Source: Octopus vulgaris (Eukaryota). From it: a DNA stretch of 64,000 nt. Positions 14,283-27,856 of the stretch are shown in pieces. The notes under the pieces are model-generated. The model made no database searches and was not told the DNA's origin. It saw nothing but the letters and a program-made list of their open reading frames with translations. Made by a program: the position numbers and the translations under genes. Position 1 is the stretch's first letter. Each line of letters begins with the position of its first letter. The stretch spans positions 64,666,001-64,730,000 of the forward strand of contig OX597819.1 of NCBI GenBank assembly GCA_951406725.2, given 5' to 3'.

Positions 14283-14442
14283 CGGAGTGGTTGGCGTTAG
14301 GAAGGGCATCCAGCTATAGAAACACTGCCAGATCAGACTGGGCCTGGTGCAGCCTCCTGGTTTCCCAGACCCCAGTCGAACCGTCCAAACCATGCTAGCG
14401 TGGAAAGCGGACGTTAAGCGATGATGATGATGAAGATGATGA
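14283..14442 (+). mobile_element. 3' part of SINE family C with (GAT)n tail
   Basis: GGTTGGCGTTAGGAAGGGCATCCAGCT..GGACGTTAAGCGATGATGATG; related copies at 62440-62870. Confidence 0.7.
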
Positions 14443-14549
14443 TATATATATGTATTATATATATATTGTAAATAAAAGAAACAGGAAAAACGAAAGAATC
14501 AAACACACGGAGAGATGTGGCATAAGCAAAGTATTAACATATATATGCC

Positions 14550-14942
14550 CTTTTACTTGTTTCAGTCGTGACTGCAGCCATCCTGGAGCCCCACGTTTAG
14601 TCGACCCCATGAATTGTTCTTTGTAAACCTAGTACTCATTCTATCGGTCACTTTTTGCCGAACCTATACCGATAGCTGACGGAGACAAACAGACCAGCAT
14701 CGGTTGTCAAGTGAGAGTTGGGGTGACAAACGCAGACACAAAGTAAAAACATATTCAGACATATACACAAATATATATATGGCGAGCTTCTTTCAGTTTT
14801 CATCTGGCAAATCCACTCACAAGGCTTTGGTCGGCCGAAGCTATAATAGAAGACACTTGTCCAAGCTACCACGCAGTGGGACTGAAGTTGGAACTATGAG
14901 GTTGGTCAGCAAGCTTCTTACCACACACCTACACCTGCGCCT
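14550..14942 (-). mobile_element. tRNA-derived SINE family A
   Basis: Reverse complement of 16103-16519, diverged. Confidence 0.85.
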
Positions 14943-14959
14943 GTAACTATAATTATATG

Positions 14960-15026
<67 letters not shown>

Positions 15027-16102
15027 CATACATCATATATAATATAAATATATAGAAAATCAAGCAAGTGCATTAGTTTGACGCTCAGCTGAAATGGAAA
15101 AATCCTTTACGTTTCGAGCCTTCGCTGTTCGACGGAAAGGAATAAACGAGACTATATAGAAAAATGAAAACAAAATCTGGTAGAGTTCAGCTGTCCCCCA
15201 CTCATATATATATGTATATATATATATGTCAACATAATATTTCGATAATCATAAATCTGAAAATGCTAGGAGAACCTACCTCTTATATTTCTGACCAAGC
15301 GTCATCAGAACATATAAAAGTTAATCAGCATATCCTCATTTATATAGACGAGTGAGATTCATATCTCCTTCCAAAGTTCTACCATGTGCGTCAAAAATAG
15401 TACTGCCATTTGCGTGTGAGTGCTTGAGTGTTCATATAACCTATATACGTATCCATCTGTATTTTGATCTGTTTATTTTCATATCCATATACTTACATAC
15501 ATATAGATATCATAACTCCATACCCACAGTTTACACAGGTAGAGTAGAATAGTTAATGGGCTGTTATATAGTTAGATGTATGTATGCGTGTGTTTGTGTG
15601 TGGATGTGTGTATGCACATGAGTGTAAGCATATGGATATGAAAATAAATAGATCAACATACAGACGGATTGGTACATATGTTATATGAACAGACAAGCAC
15701 ACATACGCAAATGGAGACTGAAACACATGATCATATATACAAATACACTTTACTGCACACAAAGAGAGATATGGAAACACGTGTACAGACATTTAGAGGT
15801 TGGTCATTCTCGTGCCGATCGCAATACCCAATTTTTGTCGATAGAAATTGCATTTGAAGACAAAGTAGTTATTCTCCAAGATAAATTTTAGCCCTTCCAT
15901 TACGAATTCTTTTTTGATGGAAGTTCATTGGGTTAATTCACTAGATAGAGTTGAATTGCCTCTGTTCCTAGGTTGACTACATCGTAGAATACCAGTAGGG
16001 TGCTTTTGTTTATTATTTGAGGGACGTATTTGAACATATCTACGTTGTCACTTTTGATATGCCCGTGGAATGGTTTTAAGATGGTATCTAAAATGGTACT
16101 GA

Positions 16103-16519
16103 GGCAGGAGTGGCTGTGTGGTAAGTAGCTTGCTAACCAACCACATGGTTCCGGGTTCAGTCCCACTGCGTGGCATCTTGGGCAAGTGTCTTCTGCTATA
16201 GCCTCGGGCCGACCAATGCCTTGTGAGTGGATTTGGTAGACGGAAACTGAAAGAAGCCTGTCGTATATATGTATATATATATATATGTATGTGTGTGTTT
16301 GTTTGTGTGTCTGTGTTTGTCCCCCTAGCATTGCTTGACAACCGATGCTGGTGTGTTTACGTCCTCGTCACTTAGCGGTTCGGCAAAAGAGACCGATAGA
16401 ATAAGTACTGGGCTTACAAAGAATAAGTCCCGGGGTCGATTTACTCGACTAAAGGCGGTGCTCCAGCATGGCCCCAGTCAAATGACTGAAACAAGTAAAA
16501 GAGAAAGAGAGAAAGAGAG
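16103..16519 (+). mobile_element. Full-length tRNA-derived SINE family A (best copy)
   Basis: A-box-like GTGGCTGTGTGG, B-box-like GGTTCAGTCCC, CORE-like CTTGGGCAAGTG, internal microsatellite, AAAGAG tail; at least 8 copies in window. Confidence 0.9.
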
Positions 16520-16525
16520 TGGCTT

Positions 16526-16558
<33 letters not shown>

Positions 16559-17072
16559 CATTTAATGTGTTTGCATATCAGTCTTTTAGATGAACTGGAA
16601 ATGAAAATTTCCTAAATTCGCATTTAATAATGTTCAGAAGCTTTAACAGGCTTTCTTCAGAAGATATATACAATGAAGAAAGAGGAGTTCTCTTAGGTGC
16701 GTCTCTATGTTACAGTGTCCGCCATCTTTTCAGACAACATCTCTGAAACATAACGAGACAGAAAGAACAGTCATAATAATCCCCCATGCACTCACTAGTA
16801 TACATATCCACACGAACACACACAGAGGCAGACACTCGCATTCATAAATACACTGATAAATATGTAACTATGTGTATTTGCATCTGCATGCGTGAATGCC
16901 ACTGTGAATCCACAAGAAAAAGAAAGGGGAGAAAATAGCGATGCGTTACGATGATAAGAATAAGATAAATAGGTACAAGTAAAATATTGAAAACAAACAT
17001 GATTCATGAAACCTATTTTAAAACAAAAATATTTCCTGTAATATGTTTTACATGCAATATCTGTTTCTACAA

Positions 17073-17106
<34 letters not shown>

Positions 17107-17108
17107 TT

Positions 17109-17143
<35 letters not shown>

Positions 17144-17355
17144 CACATACACACGCATACACATACACACACATATATATACATAACCTACAAATACATA
17201 TATGAATATGTGTACATATGTGTGTGTGTTTGTGTGTGTAGATGCATGTGTGTGTTGTGTGTGAATGTATATACGTTGATCACATGACCAGCTGACATAA
17301 ATACATGCGTTGATTCTTTTTCAGTCGAAATAAACGTATAAATTTTCTCCATCTA

Positions 17356-17401
<46 letters not shown>

Positions 17402-17476
17402 AATATATTTCTGTTTGTACGTGTAAGCACACGTGTATATATGTATCCATGTATATATGTAATGCATGTATACATA

Positions 17477-17520
<44 letters not shown>

Positions 17521-18446
17521 AATGAGCACATTGCAGCTGCGATCAGATGTCATCGATTGTCGAAATAATTTTTATGCCTTGTTTTTATAATTAATACATA
17601 CACCCATACCCACACACAAGTACACCCACATACACTCACATATATGCTCACAGATATAGATAGTCCCATAAGTTCTCTCATATAAAGATACGTATACGCA
17701 TAAATATATGTAAATATATATATATATATATATGTGTGTATGTGTGTGTGTGTGTGTGTGTGTATGCGTGTATGCAATACAGAGACATTCGTACATACAT
17801 ACATATGTATATGTATATGTGTGTATGTCTGTCTTTGTATGTATGCGTGTATATAGAATGAATGGCATAGAAAGAGGACAGATATAGTGTAGTGTTAGAC
17901 GAAAATATTGAGGGTGAATGATTGAATATAATGTAAACTTTGCATTCATTATAAACGCATATGAAACAATGAAAAAGTCAAAACATTTTATGTCCAAACA
18001 CACATTCACGTATACATAGGGCAGCATTCACGCATATATAGATAGAACAAATATTCAAACAATAAATAAATAATACGTAGAAAACCTTAGAAATAGAAAT
18101 AGATTATTGATATTTATCCAAAATAAAATAGCTGGAATAACGGAGTCGAAACTAAACCGTTTATAGAATGATTTCTTTCGGAACATTTTTTTGGCGCATC
18201 TGGCTTACTGGCATTATGTGTATATGAAAATAATTCTAAGTCTCTGAGTTTTTATGCTATATTTTATGCATACATTGCAGATACAGTTTTATGCATACAT
18301 ACACACATACATCTACATATAGTGAGGTAGATGTGTATTTGCAGGTATTTATATTTGGGTGTATATACACATATATATATTAACTTTGATATATAAATGC
18401 ATGAATGCATATTACACTTATGTTAATGTATATCTATATATGTATG

Positions 18447-18479
<33 letters not shown>

Positions 18480-18876
18480 ATGTGTGTGTGTGTTTGAGTG
18501 TGTATGCGTGTGCCTCTGCGTGTGTGCGTTTGTGTGAGTATATGTGTGCGTATGTATTTATATGCATATGTATATTTGTTCATACATGAAGATGCTGCAA
18601 GCATATTTAGAAGTTAAATACTTCATTCAAAGAAGGACAAAAACATTTTAAGTAGATATACTTGAATTCAGGTAAACTGCACCTAAAATTTCACACTTAA
18701 CTCTGGGTAACAGATGGTATCATGTATCTTACATTTCCATTCTTTTACAGTACACACAAGGACACATACGCACGTGTGGAGTGAGAGTTGAATACACGCA
18801 GTTACATACATACATGCGTGTGTGTACACATACATACGTAGATACATACATAGACAGACACATATACATAATATAC

Positions 18877-18935
<59 letters not shown>

Positions 18936-20199
18936 CTGTCTGAATGTATGGTCATCCTTTAACTGAAAAAATGTTTCCTAAGATTTCTAAAGTCTTTTCT
19001 TCATACTTTAGTTTCGAATTTTCTTATATAAATTCGTATAGGTATAAAAATTTGTATAGAAATAATCAGTATATGACTTAACTTATTAAACAAAGTTCAA
19101 CAAATTCATTCATATTTATGTAATGGAGGAGATTGGGTGTTAGAATACAGTCTATAGTCTTTATTTTTCTTGTTGCTCTACGATCATTTCATACAAATGG
19201 ACTCAGATACAGAAAATCATAATAGTCATATTTCTACTAGTTAGTAGCTAATAAAAAAACGAAAACAGGCGTTTAACGTACATGCCTGATTTCTCAATTA
19301 TCATTTTCGGATTTACATATTCGTGCTTCCAGGAACATTTGTTTGAATCAAGACTAAAAAATATATATTAAGTAGGTGATATTATTTGTAATAGTAAATC
19401 TGACAGCCTCTCTACGAAATGCAGTACATTTTTCTATTTAAACCACCTTAATTTTTTTATACTGGTCAAGCTATATTTGTATGTGTGTTATGAAATACCA
19501 AATAAGGAGGTATAAGCATTTTCAACATCATTTAGTTATTACTTAATCGTCAATTCTCCTTTCGAATTAAGATTTTCAAAAAATTGGAAGTTAGTACTGT
19601 ATTAAAGAAGAATTTCTGGTCTATAAAGTTTATAATTTTAATATTCCTTGTAAATAATATGTGTAATTTTCATAGACAAAAAATAGGTGTTATATGTCGT
19701 AATTATCTAGCTCCAGTTTGATATAATCCGAAGAAGATTTAGAAATAAATACTATACGAGTAAAAATGTCTAGATAAAAGAATTACTTACGTGATTATAC
19801 GATATATAATCAGATAAAGCACCATTTATTAATAAAAAGTTGTTTTTTTTGTTAGCGTATATCGAAATAGTTGTTTAGATTTTTATGCATATTTTCATAG
19901 AGACAAAACACGAACCAAATAAAAACTGGTGTAATTTATAGTAATATAGTTGAGACAAAAATTAATATAACATGATTTTCACGGAAAAGAATTCACAACG
20001 ACATCGAACCAACAAGAATATACAAGAGAGACAGAGACAGGCAGAAACAAGGAAAATGCCCCTTGTATTTGAATACTATGCAAATATTCTTTTCAAAAAA
20101 TTTTCATTTAATTTTTCCCAAATTTAATTGCTTTCGATACTTACAGTTGAAAAAGTTTCAATAAGAGAAACATATTTATTTTATTTACACACACATATA

Positions 20200-20309
<110 letters not shown>

Positions 20310-20390
20310 CATATATATATATATATATAGAAAATATATACATATATATATATAGATACATAGAGAGAGAGAGAGAGAGAATATATATAT

Positions 20391-20447
<57 letters not shown>

Positions 20448-21149
20448 CATACATGCATACATACAGAAATACATATAAATTAACGTATATATATGTATAT
20501 TTCCAAGCGTTCACTTCTGCATGTATATCATATGATGATCTTTTTCATATAAGCTATATAATCGCTTGAATAGCTATGGAAATGTTAATTGTACATTCGT
20601 TAGATTAGTAACAAATGCTTCAAAAATAGAGGAAGCCGTAAATTAGGAAAACAAGAATAAAAAAAAAGCAGGAATAAAAAATGTTATATATGGATGAGAC
20701 CTATTAAACTATAATCATTTGAGGATGGCCTTTCACGAGAGATCAAGTCAGAATAATGCCAAGTGAAATAAAGTAATATGCCTACACAGTTTTATATGTC
20801 AACGGGGAGCAACTCTGCTTCTTTTGTACGCCTTCGAGAATCGTATAATTAATACTGTCTGTGAATATATCACAACATATATATGTCTGTAAATGTAAGT
20901 ATATCTATCTATATATTTATATATACGTGTGTGTGTGTGTGTGTATGCATATATATATATATATATATAAGCAAACGCACACACACATCCCCCCACACAC
21001 TTATATATATAGCCAGATAGCTAGATAGGTAATTACATATAGACATGCTAATATGCATACATGTACAGTATGTGCATATACACCAATCCTATTATTCACG
21101 CACGCAAATACGTGTTTATATATATATATATATGTATGTATGTGTGTGT

Positions 21150-21204
<55 letters not shown>

Positions 21205-21546
21205 TGTGTGCGTGTAGATATATATTCAAATACATGTCAGTAAATACTCACACACATATACACGCGCACCACTCTCGCTCACGCAGATGTTCTGTATATT
21301 GAACAATTTAGCAATCTTTAATGGTATTCATAGAGTAAAGATAATGTGGAAGATATATCGGTGCAGCAATTTAGTAACAATGAATCTATGGAATCGTGAG
21401 AGTGATAAATGTCAAAATACTTCTACAAGACTAATCTGGCAGTCAAATAAAAAGGTTACATTTTCCGAAACTAAAGCCTTACAGACATTCTGATGCAGTG
21501 ATCGTATGTAAGTGAAGGACAAGGAGTGAGTACGGCAGTATTACAG

Positions 21547-21602
<56 letters not shown>

Positions 21603-21712
21603 CCACACACAGAACGACACACACACACATGGTTATTTTGATAGATTGATAGAAGTGTGTGTATGTGTTTCAAAGTATATGTATATATTCATATATATAT
21701 ATACATATCTTC

Positions 21713-21759
<47 letters not shown>

Positions 21760-22439
21760 GTGTATGCATATCAATATCTATATAAATATGTATTTGCATA
21801 CAAGGTTGTGTATACCCCTATTTTGTGTGTCAGAATCTCTCGTGTCTATGTAATACAAGCAGACATGTTGGTTAAATATAGAATCTCAATCCCAAATATA
21901 GTTGAGGGCATTCATTTTACAGATAGTATTCTAATTCTTCTATTGTGTATATTTTCGTACGAACAATATGTACACATACGTGCATACTTGTGTCACGATA
22001 AATATAAATGGCATTTAAAATTAAAACAAATGCTTTTTTGAAAGTGAAAGTAAAGAAAAAGAAGCAAAGCAAATATTCTGAGTCACTGTGAAATCATTCG
22101 TTATAAAAGTTGATGCATTTAACTGTTCATTTACATACGCCTCCATGCTCACACAAGGACAGACAAACATTTAACTATGTACACTCATACACACACACAG
22201 GCACGTATGTATATATATATATATAATTTGTGTAACATGTTCTCTGTTTTTGTTTGTTTTACTTTCTTTTTTGCTGTACACATTCACTAGTTATATTTCA
22301 AAGGGGTCTAATGATCTTAGCTTAGATTTGGCGGTGGTGGGTGGACAACCAGATGGAACCATCTCAAGTCTAACTTCCCGAAATGGTCGCGACTTCTGGA
22401 ACTTGACTGAGGAAAAAAAAAGCCAATCATCAGCCAATC

Positions 22440-22800
22440 CAACCTACATGGAATATATAGTGTAGTCCCTTCTTGCGTAATATTCTTCATACCATTTTAC
22501 TACCTCTTCTTTGTCACTAGCAGGGTTTCCATACTTCAGGCCATGTATCTCGATAAGCACGAAGCCTTCCATATTCATCAGTCCCCTTCCTCCATTTGCT
22601 CCCCTCATGTACAGGCTATCAGTGTCTGCACGTGGATGATGGGCTCCGTACATCGTTAGGAGATTTCTTGAAGTCCATCTCCTTTATGTCCTCCTCTGTC
22701 CACTTCAGAATTCCAGCACCAAGCCTAACTACTGCGACTAGAGCTAGTTTATTGCCGACATCATGTTTCTGGGATTCAGCTTTGAAGCCAATATTTTCCT
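22440..22800 (-). pseudogene. Fragment of an RLE-type (R4/Dong-like) non-LTR retrotransposon, post-RT region
   Basis: VVRLGAGILKWTEEDIKEMD followed by GAHHPRADTDSLYMRGANGGRGL (HP.AD.DRLY....GGRGL motif). Confidence 0.75.
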
Positions 22801-22996
22801 CACACGCCGTAGGTACTCTCTTTTGTCATTTACTTCATTTACTTCATTTTATGGTGTTTGCTTCCATCTGCTTCCAGGTATTTATAGCGGGATTGGGGTT
22901 GAATTTCCTTCATCATTTCGCCACTTGGCAACCATATGCTTTCTGTCCGGGCAACGTAATAATAATAATTATCATTATTATTCTTTTTATTATAGG

Positions 22997-23392
22997 GAGA
23001 TCAGTGCATACTATTAAAGTGACACTGGGGTAAAATATACGAAGCCCAGTATATCCATCATGACTACCCGTCGGATTAGGGTACACGAGTTACATAAATC
23101 ACAACCATATATGCACGACAGATATCTCATATCAAGATAAACAGCGCATGGCCAGGTGAGACCCAGTTAGAATTTTCTTCCGGTGGTGTAACCAATCCCG
23201 CTGAAGAAGTCCTTGCATAATGGGTGTTTAAGGATGATGAACGAAACACCCATGTTTCCAAAGGTAAATTATCCAAAACACCAAAGATTTCCTATCAACA
23301 CATGGCTATGACGCTCCACCTCAAATTCTTCACCTGATGAGTGATGCATATATCGTCAGCCAGTACCTGGTACTGCATCAGGTATTTATTAC

Positions 23393-23395
<3 letters not shown>
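22997..23395. repeat. Unclassified interspersed repeat (second partial copy at 24215-24365)
   Basis: Shared ACACTGGGGTA.AA.ATACGA.G.CCAGTATA.C.A.CATGA...CCGTC.GAT..ATCACAACCATAT. Confidence 0.65.
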
Positions 23396-23441
<46 letters not shown>

Positions 23442-23531
23442 TTCGTCGTCGTAATCATCACCACCACCATCATCATCAACATTATTATTATTACTATTAT
23501 TATTATTATTATTAGTAGTAGTAGTAGTAGT

Positions 23532-23615
<84 letters not shown>

Positions 23616-23616
<1 letters not shown>

Positions 23617-24117
23617 GGCACACACCAGAAAAGGTCACAGAAAACGAGAAAGCAACCATACTCTGGGATATGCTGACACACACAGATAGAGAAATTAAGG
23701 CCAACAGACCAGATATAGTTGTCAGAGATCATGAAGAAAAAAAATGCTTTCTAATTGATGTATCAATACCGGCTGATGACAACGTGTCTCTAAAAGAAAT
23801 GGAGAAACTCTCAAAATACAAAGACCTGGAAATAGAGGTAACTAGAATGTGGAATCTGAAAACAGAAACAATTCCTATCATAGTAGGTGCATTAGGCATG
23901 ATAAAAAAATATTCAGACAAATACATAACAAAAACACCAGGACTTACAAACACATATAACATACAGAAAATTGCACTACTAGGCACTGCACACATCCTAC
24001 GCAGAACACTTTCCATACAATAACCATCAGAGCATCACAACAAATCACAGCACATACCCAAGGCACACAGAGCTGTGCTCGGTAGTGAAGTGAAAGCACG
24101 CTATAAAAATAAAACTA

Positions 24118-24120
<3 letters not shown>
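23616..24120 (+). mobile_element. R4/Dong-like non-LTR retrotransposon 3' end (restriction-like endonuclease plus 3' UTR) inserted in (AAT)n
   Basis: Open frame ILWD..TDREIKANRPDIVV..LIDVSIP..EKLSKYKDL..IPIIVGALG..QKIALLGTAHILRRTL; (AAT)n on both sides. Confidence 0.92.
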
Positions 24121-24198
<78 letters not shown>

Positions 24199-24479
24199 TA
24201 ATATTATTATTAGCGAGTGAGAGTGCAGCGCATACCGTCAGAATTACACTGGGGTACAAATATACGAGGTCCAGTATACCAACCATGATTAACCGTCTGA
24301 TAAGAGCACACCGAGTACATGCATCACAACCATATATGTGCGACAAGGTGATTTCATATCACGATAGCGTCAAGAGACAACAAGTTAGTAGTTTATGTTG
24401 GTGTTATGACCAGGGTATCATTTATTTTGTTTTGTACATAAAATCGTTCTAGAGAATGTTTCAGAAAACATAAGTAACT

Positions 24480-24985
24480 TAAGAGTTTGTTTTAAAATTT
24501 GGGATTACATAGACAGTATTTTACGTAGGATGTGGGCATTTTCTATGAACACTATATTTTCAATTTCTGCCATTCTGAGGTTTCCTGGTATCTGTGCTAG
24601 GTACACATTAGCCCCTTATGCTATCATTCCTAGGGCACCTATGAAAACAGGTATTGTTTTAGTCCTCAGCTTCCATATTTTGCCAATTTCTATTTCACGA
24701 TATTTATACTATCTGAGTATTGGTAGGTCTTGATGTATACATTTATATCGATTGGGACAGTCATATCAATGAGGAGGCATGGTTTTTTGTTTTAAGTCTT
24801 ACAATAAAATGTCTGGGCTATTCACATCTATCTTTGTGTCAATTTGAATGGTGAAATTCCAGATGAGTGAGATGTGACCATTTTAAGCACTGCATAGTGG
24901 TTTGTGTCCCCACCAGTTTTTATCATATGGCAGATCCAGGTTTTTGCAAATTACTCGGTGAAATTATTGCGCTGCTCTATTATGC
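24480..24985 (-). mobile_element. Older R4/Dong-like RLE 3' fragment (different subfamily)
   Basis: Minus strand has RPDI..YREIEIGKIWKLRTKTIPVFIGALGMI..NAHILRKILS with stops and frameshifts. Confidence 0.8.
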
Positions 24986-25014
24986 CTGTTGAGATAATAA
25001 TATTATAATTATAA

Positions 25015-25171
25015 TCATTATCATTCTTCTTCTTCTTCTTCTTCTTCTTCTTCTTCTTCTTCTTCTTCTTCTTCTTCTTCTTCTTCTTCTTCTTCTTCTT
25101 CTTCTTCTTCTTTTTCTTCTTCTATTTCTTCTTCTTCTTCTTCTACTTCTACTTCTTATTATTATTATCAT

Positions 25172-25252
<81 letters not shown>

Positions 25253-25255
25253 CAT
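25015..25255. repeat. Compound trinucleotide microsatellite (TTC)n-(TTA)n-(CTA)n; representative of the many (TA)n, (CA)n, (ATCT)n, (ATAC)n, (AAT)n, (GAT)n and (GAA)n tracts in the window
   Basis: Read directly from the sequence. Confidence 0.95.
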
Positions 25256-26237
25256 TCTTCTTATTACTATTATTTGTGCGTCGTAGTATATATGTGTCTC
25301 TGTGTGTGTGTGTATCAATGTGTGTGTAAATAAGCGTTATCTGTTTGTGAAATGTAGAGAGTGAATCAGACAGTTACATTAGCAGACAGAGTAATGCGGC
25401 TCAAATACCTTCCTTGCGGGTACATCTGGCCTCTTCAGCTGTAATACTCGTCTGCTTAGTAATGTAATGTTTAATTCCATCGCAGACTCTGTACATTTAC
25501 ACGCTTAGAATTGCCACAATGGTTTTGTCTGTCTGCAAAAGTCTAAGTATCTTTCGTCTCAATATATTAAAAATGTCTGTTATGTGTTCTTCATAGGTGT
25601 TTGATAGTTTTTTATAGTTACGCATTTGTGCTTGATTATATTTTAGTATATATATAACAAGCAAGAGTTGGCGGACTTGGTATCACATATATTCCTTGGT
25701 TACGGCCGTTTCAACATCATATTGGTTAAAGAAAACTTTTAAGTTGTTAAAGATATATATCAGTAATCATTATATAATAGTGAGAATTTAGAAAAAAAGT
25801 TTAACGCTCGGGAAGTGAGAAATATATGTCCTTAAAACTAAGTATCATTTCTTCATTACAAACTGATTAAATTTATATATTCTGTTGAAACTACCTCAAT
25901 CTAAATAATACACGTCATAATAGTACCACTAATTGTACCTCCGTTTTTTTCCCTTTTTGTCGTATATAAACAACTGTGGTTTTACTATGGTCATTCTTGG
26001 TTTCTATGAGTGTTAATGCTCGAAGAGAGTCTGGATGTGTTCACCGCATGGTTTCCCAAGGCTCATTTTACTTCATATATATATATATATATGTGCATAT
26101 ATGGGCACAGGGCATCAAAGCAACGTTGAACACAATGAGAAACAAAAACATAAAAACAAAACCACATAAAACAAACTTTTATTCGAACAACGAAAAAAAC
26201 AGAGAAAGGAGAAATCCCACCCTATATATATATATTA

Positions 26238-26356
<119 letters not shown>

Positions 26357-26949
26357 TTTTTGCATATATGTGTGAGTGTGTGTGTATATATGTATGATTG
26401 TATGTATGTATGTATGTGTATGAAGACGAGAGAAACAAAAATCAGAAAGACAGGCAAAAGAAGGCGAGTCATTCTTGTCTCTCTTTCAGCAGTCGAGTAC
26501 CAGAAGTCAGGAACATCGCTTAACAAAATGACATTCCACATTTGTTTTAACCCTTTCTCTGCTTAATTCCAATAGTTTTGCATAAAGCCATCCTTTTATC
26601 CCCTTCAAAGTTTTGCAGTTAGAATCTTTCGGCCGCTTTTATAGCCCCACCCCCGGCAACTACACGCAAGGTTGTCAGTAACCCTTGTGGCATATCTGGA
26701 TCATCGGAGTTTATACTTTTGGTTATCCGTGAACTTGTTGCTCATTTTACTCGAATTTTATCGGATTCTCTGCTGCAAAGATTTATGTCGCGGGAATCTA
26801 ATTTACTCTGCGTCGTTTCTAGTCATTTTTATCCGTCATCGTATCAAACAATGCTTCATCTGCGTATATGAGTGTTTGTAGAAGAAAACTTTTAAATAGA
26901 CTAGCATGCAGATTTTTATCCACTTTTTCTCTTAGCTTAGTTTTATTCT

Positions 26950-27210
26950 TTTCTTTCATACATTTCAGTCATCGGACTGTTGCCATGCTCTAGCAGCGCC
27001 AGAAAGGGTTTTAGTCGAAGAAATTGACTCCACGACTTAGTTATATATTGCACGTGCTTCTTTCAGGTTTAACAAATCCACTCGCAAGGCGTTGCTCGGT
27101 AGAAGCTACAGTGGAAGGCATTAGTCCAAAGTGTCACGTCAGTTAGACAGAACCCTGAACCATGTGGTTGGGAAGTAAGCCTCTTACCACATAGCCTCGC
27201 CTGCACCTCC
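26950..27210 (-). mobile_element. Diverged SINE family A copy
   Basis: TTTCAGTCAT..GACTG.TGCCATGCT..AAATCCACTCGCAAGGC..AACCATGTGGTTGGGAAGTAAGCCTCTTACCACATAGCC. Confidence 0.75.
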
Positions 27211-27856
27211 TTGTAATCACAGCAAATAGTTTCTAGATTTATCTTATTCTGCGCGCGATTTCATTATTCATGGCAGAGCATATATTTTCTGTTTGTCCCA
27301 AGTAACTCTTTGAATTTCACCACTTCCCATGTGTTTCTATCTTGGATTGCTTTTTCGGGCTCCTATATTTTGATTTCATAAGATTTATCTTGATGCTAAA
27401 CTTGAACTTTAGGCATCACTTTTTTTCATTGTGGTCTGAGAGCTGCTCTGAGATTTTCGCGATGATCAAAATGTAATCAGCAAATATTGAAAAGCTGTTA
27501 GTAGCTCACTGTTACAGGTGGTGCCACTTTTTCAATCAGCATCTCATAACAACATTTTACGTCGTCGTGAAGTAAAGAAACTTGCAGTGGTGGCCTCGCT
27601 TTGTTTATTCATTCTGTATTTAAATCTGCACATTTCATCTCTAGTCAAATTTTATGTAGAGTAGCAGCCTGAATGGGAAAAGTCATTTTCCTATTTTCCT
27701 ATTTTCCGTGCATGGGGTAATGCAGCATCGAAACAGATGATATATTTCACTTTTAGAAATGAAACATCTAGAAATATATTCCTCAATCTGTCTGCATATA
27801 TTAATACATTTCTCTATGATTTCTAATTGACATCACTGTAATATTTCGTACAATGT

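Noticed and set aside
16103-16175. tRNA gene
   Set aside because: A/B boxes are present but belong to a multi-copy SINE head without a full cloverleaf
23198-23262. CTGAAGA...GAAAC-ACCCAT-GTT hammerhead candidate
   Set aside because: Pairing is not adjacent to GAAA and there is no convincing stem I
23337-24023. 228-aa ORF as a host gene
   Set aside because: N-terminal half is translated microsatellite fused by chance to a retrotransposon RLE domain
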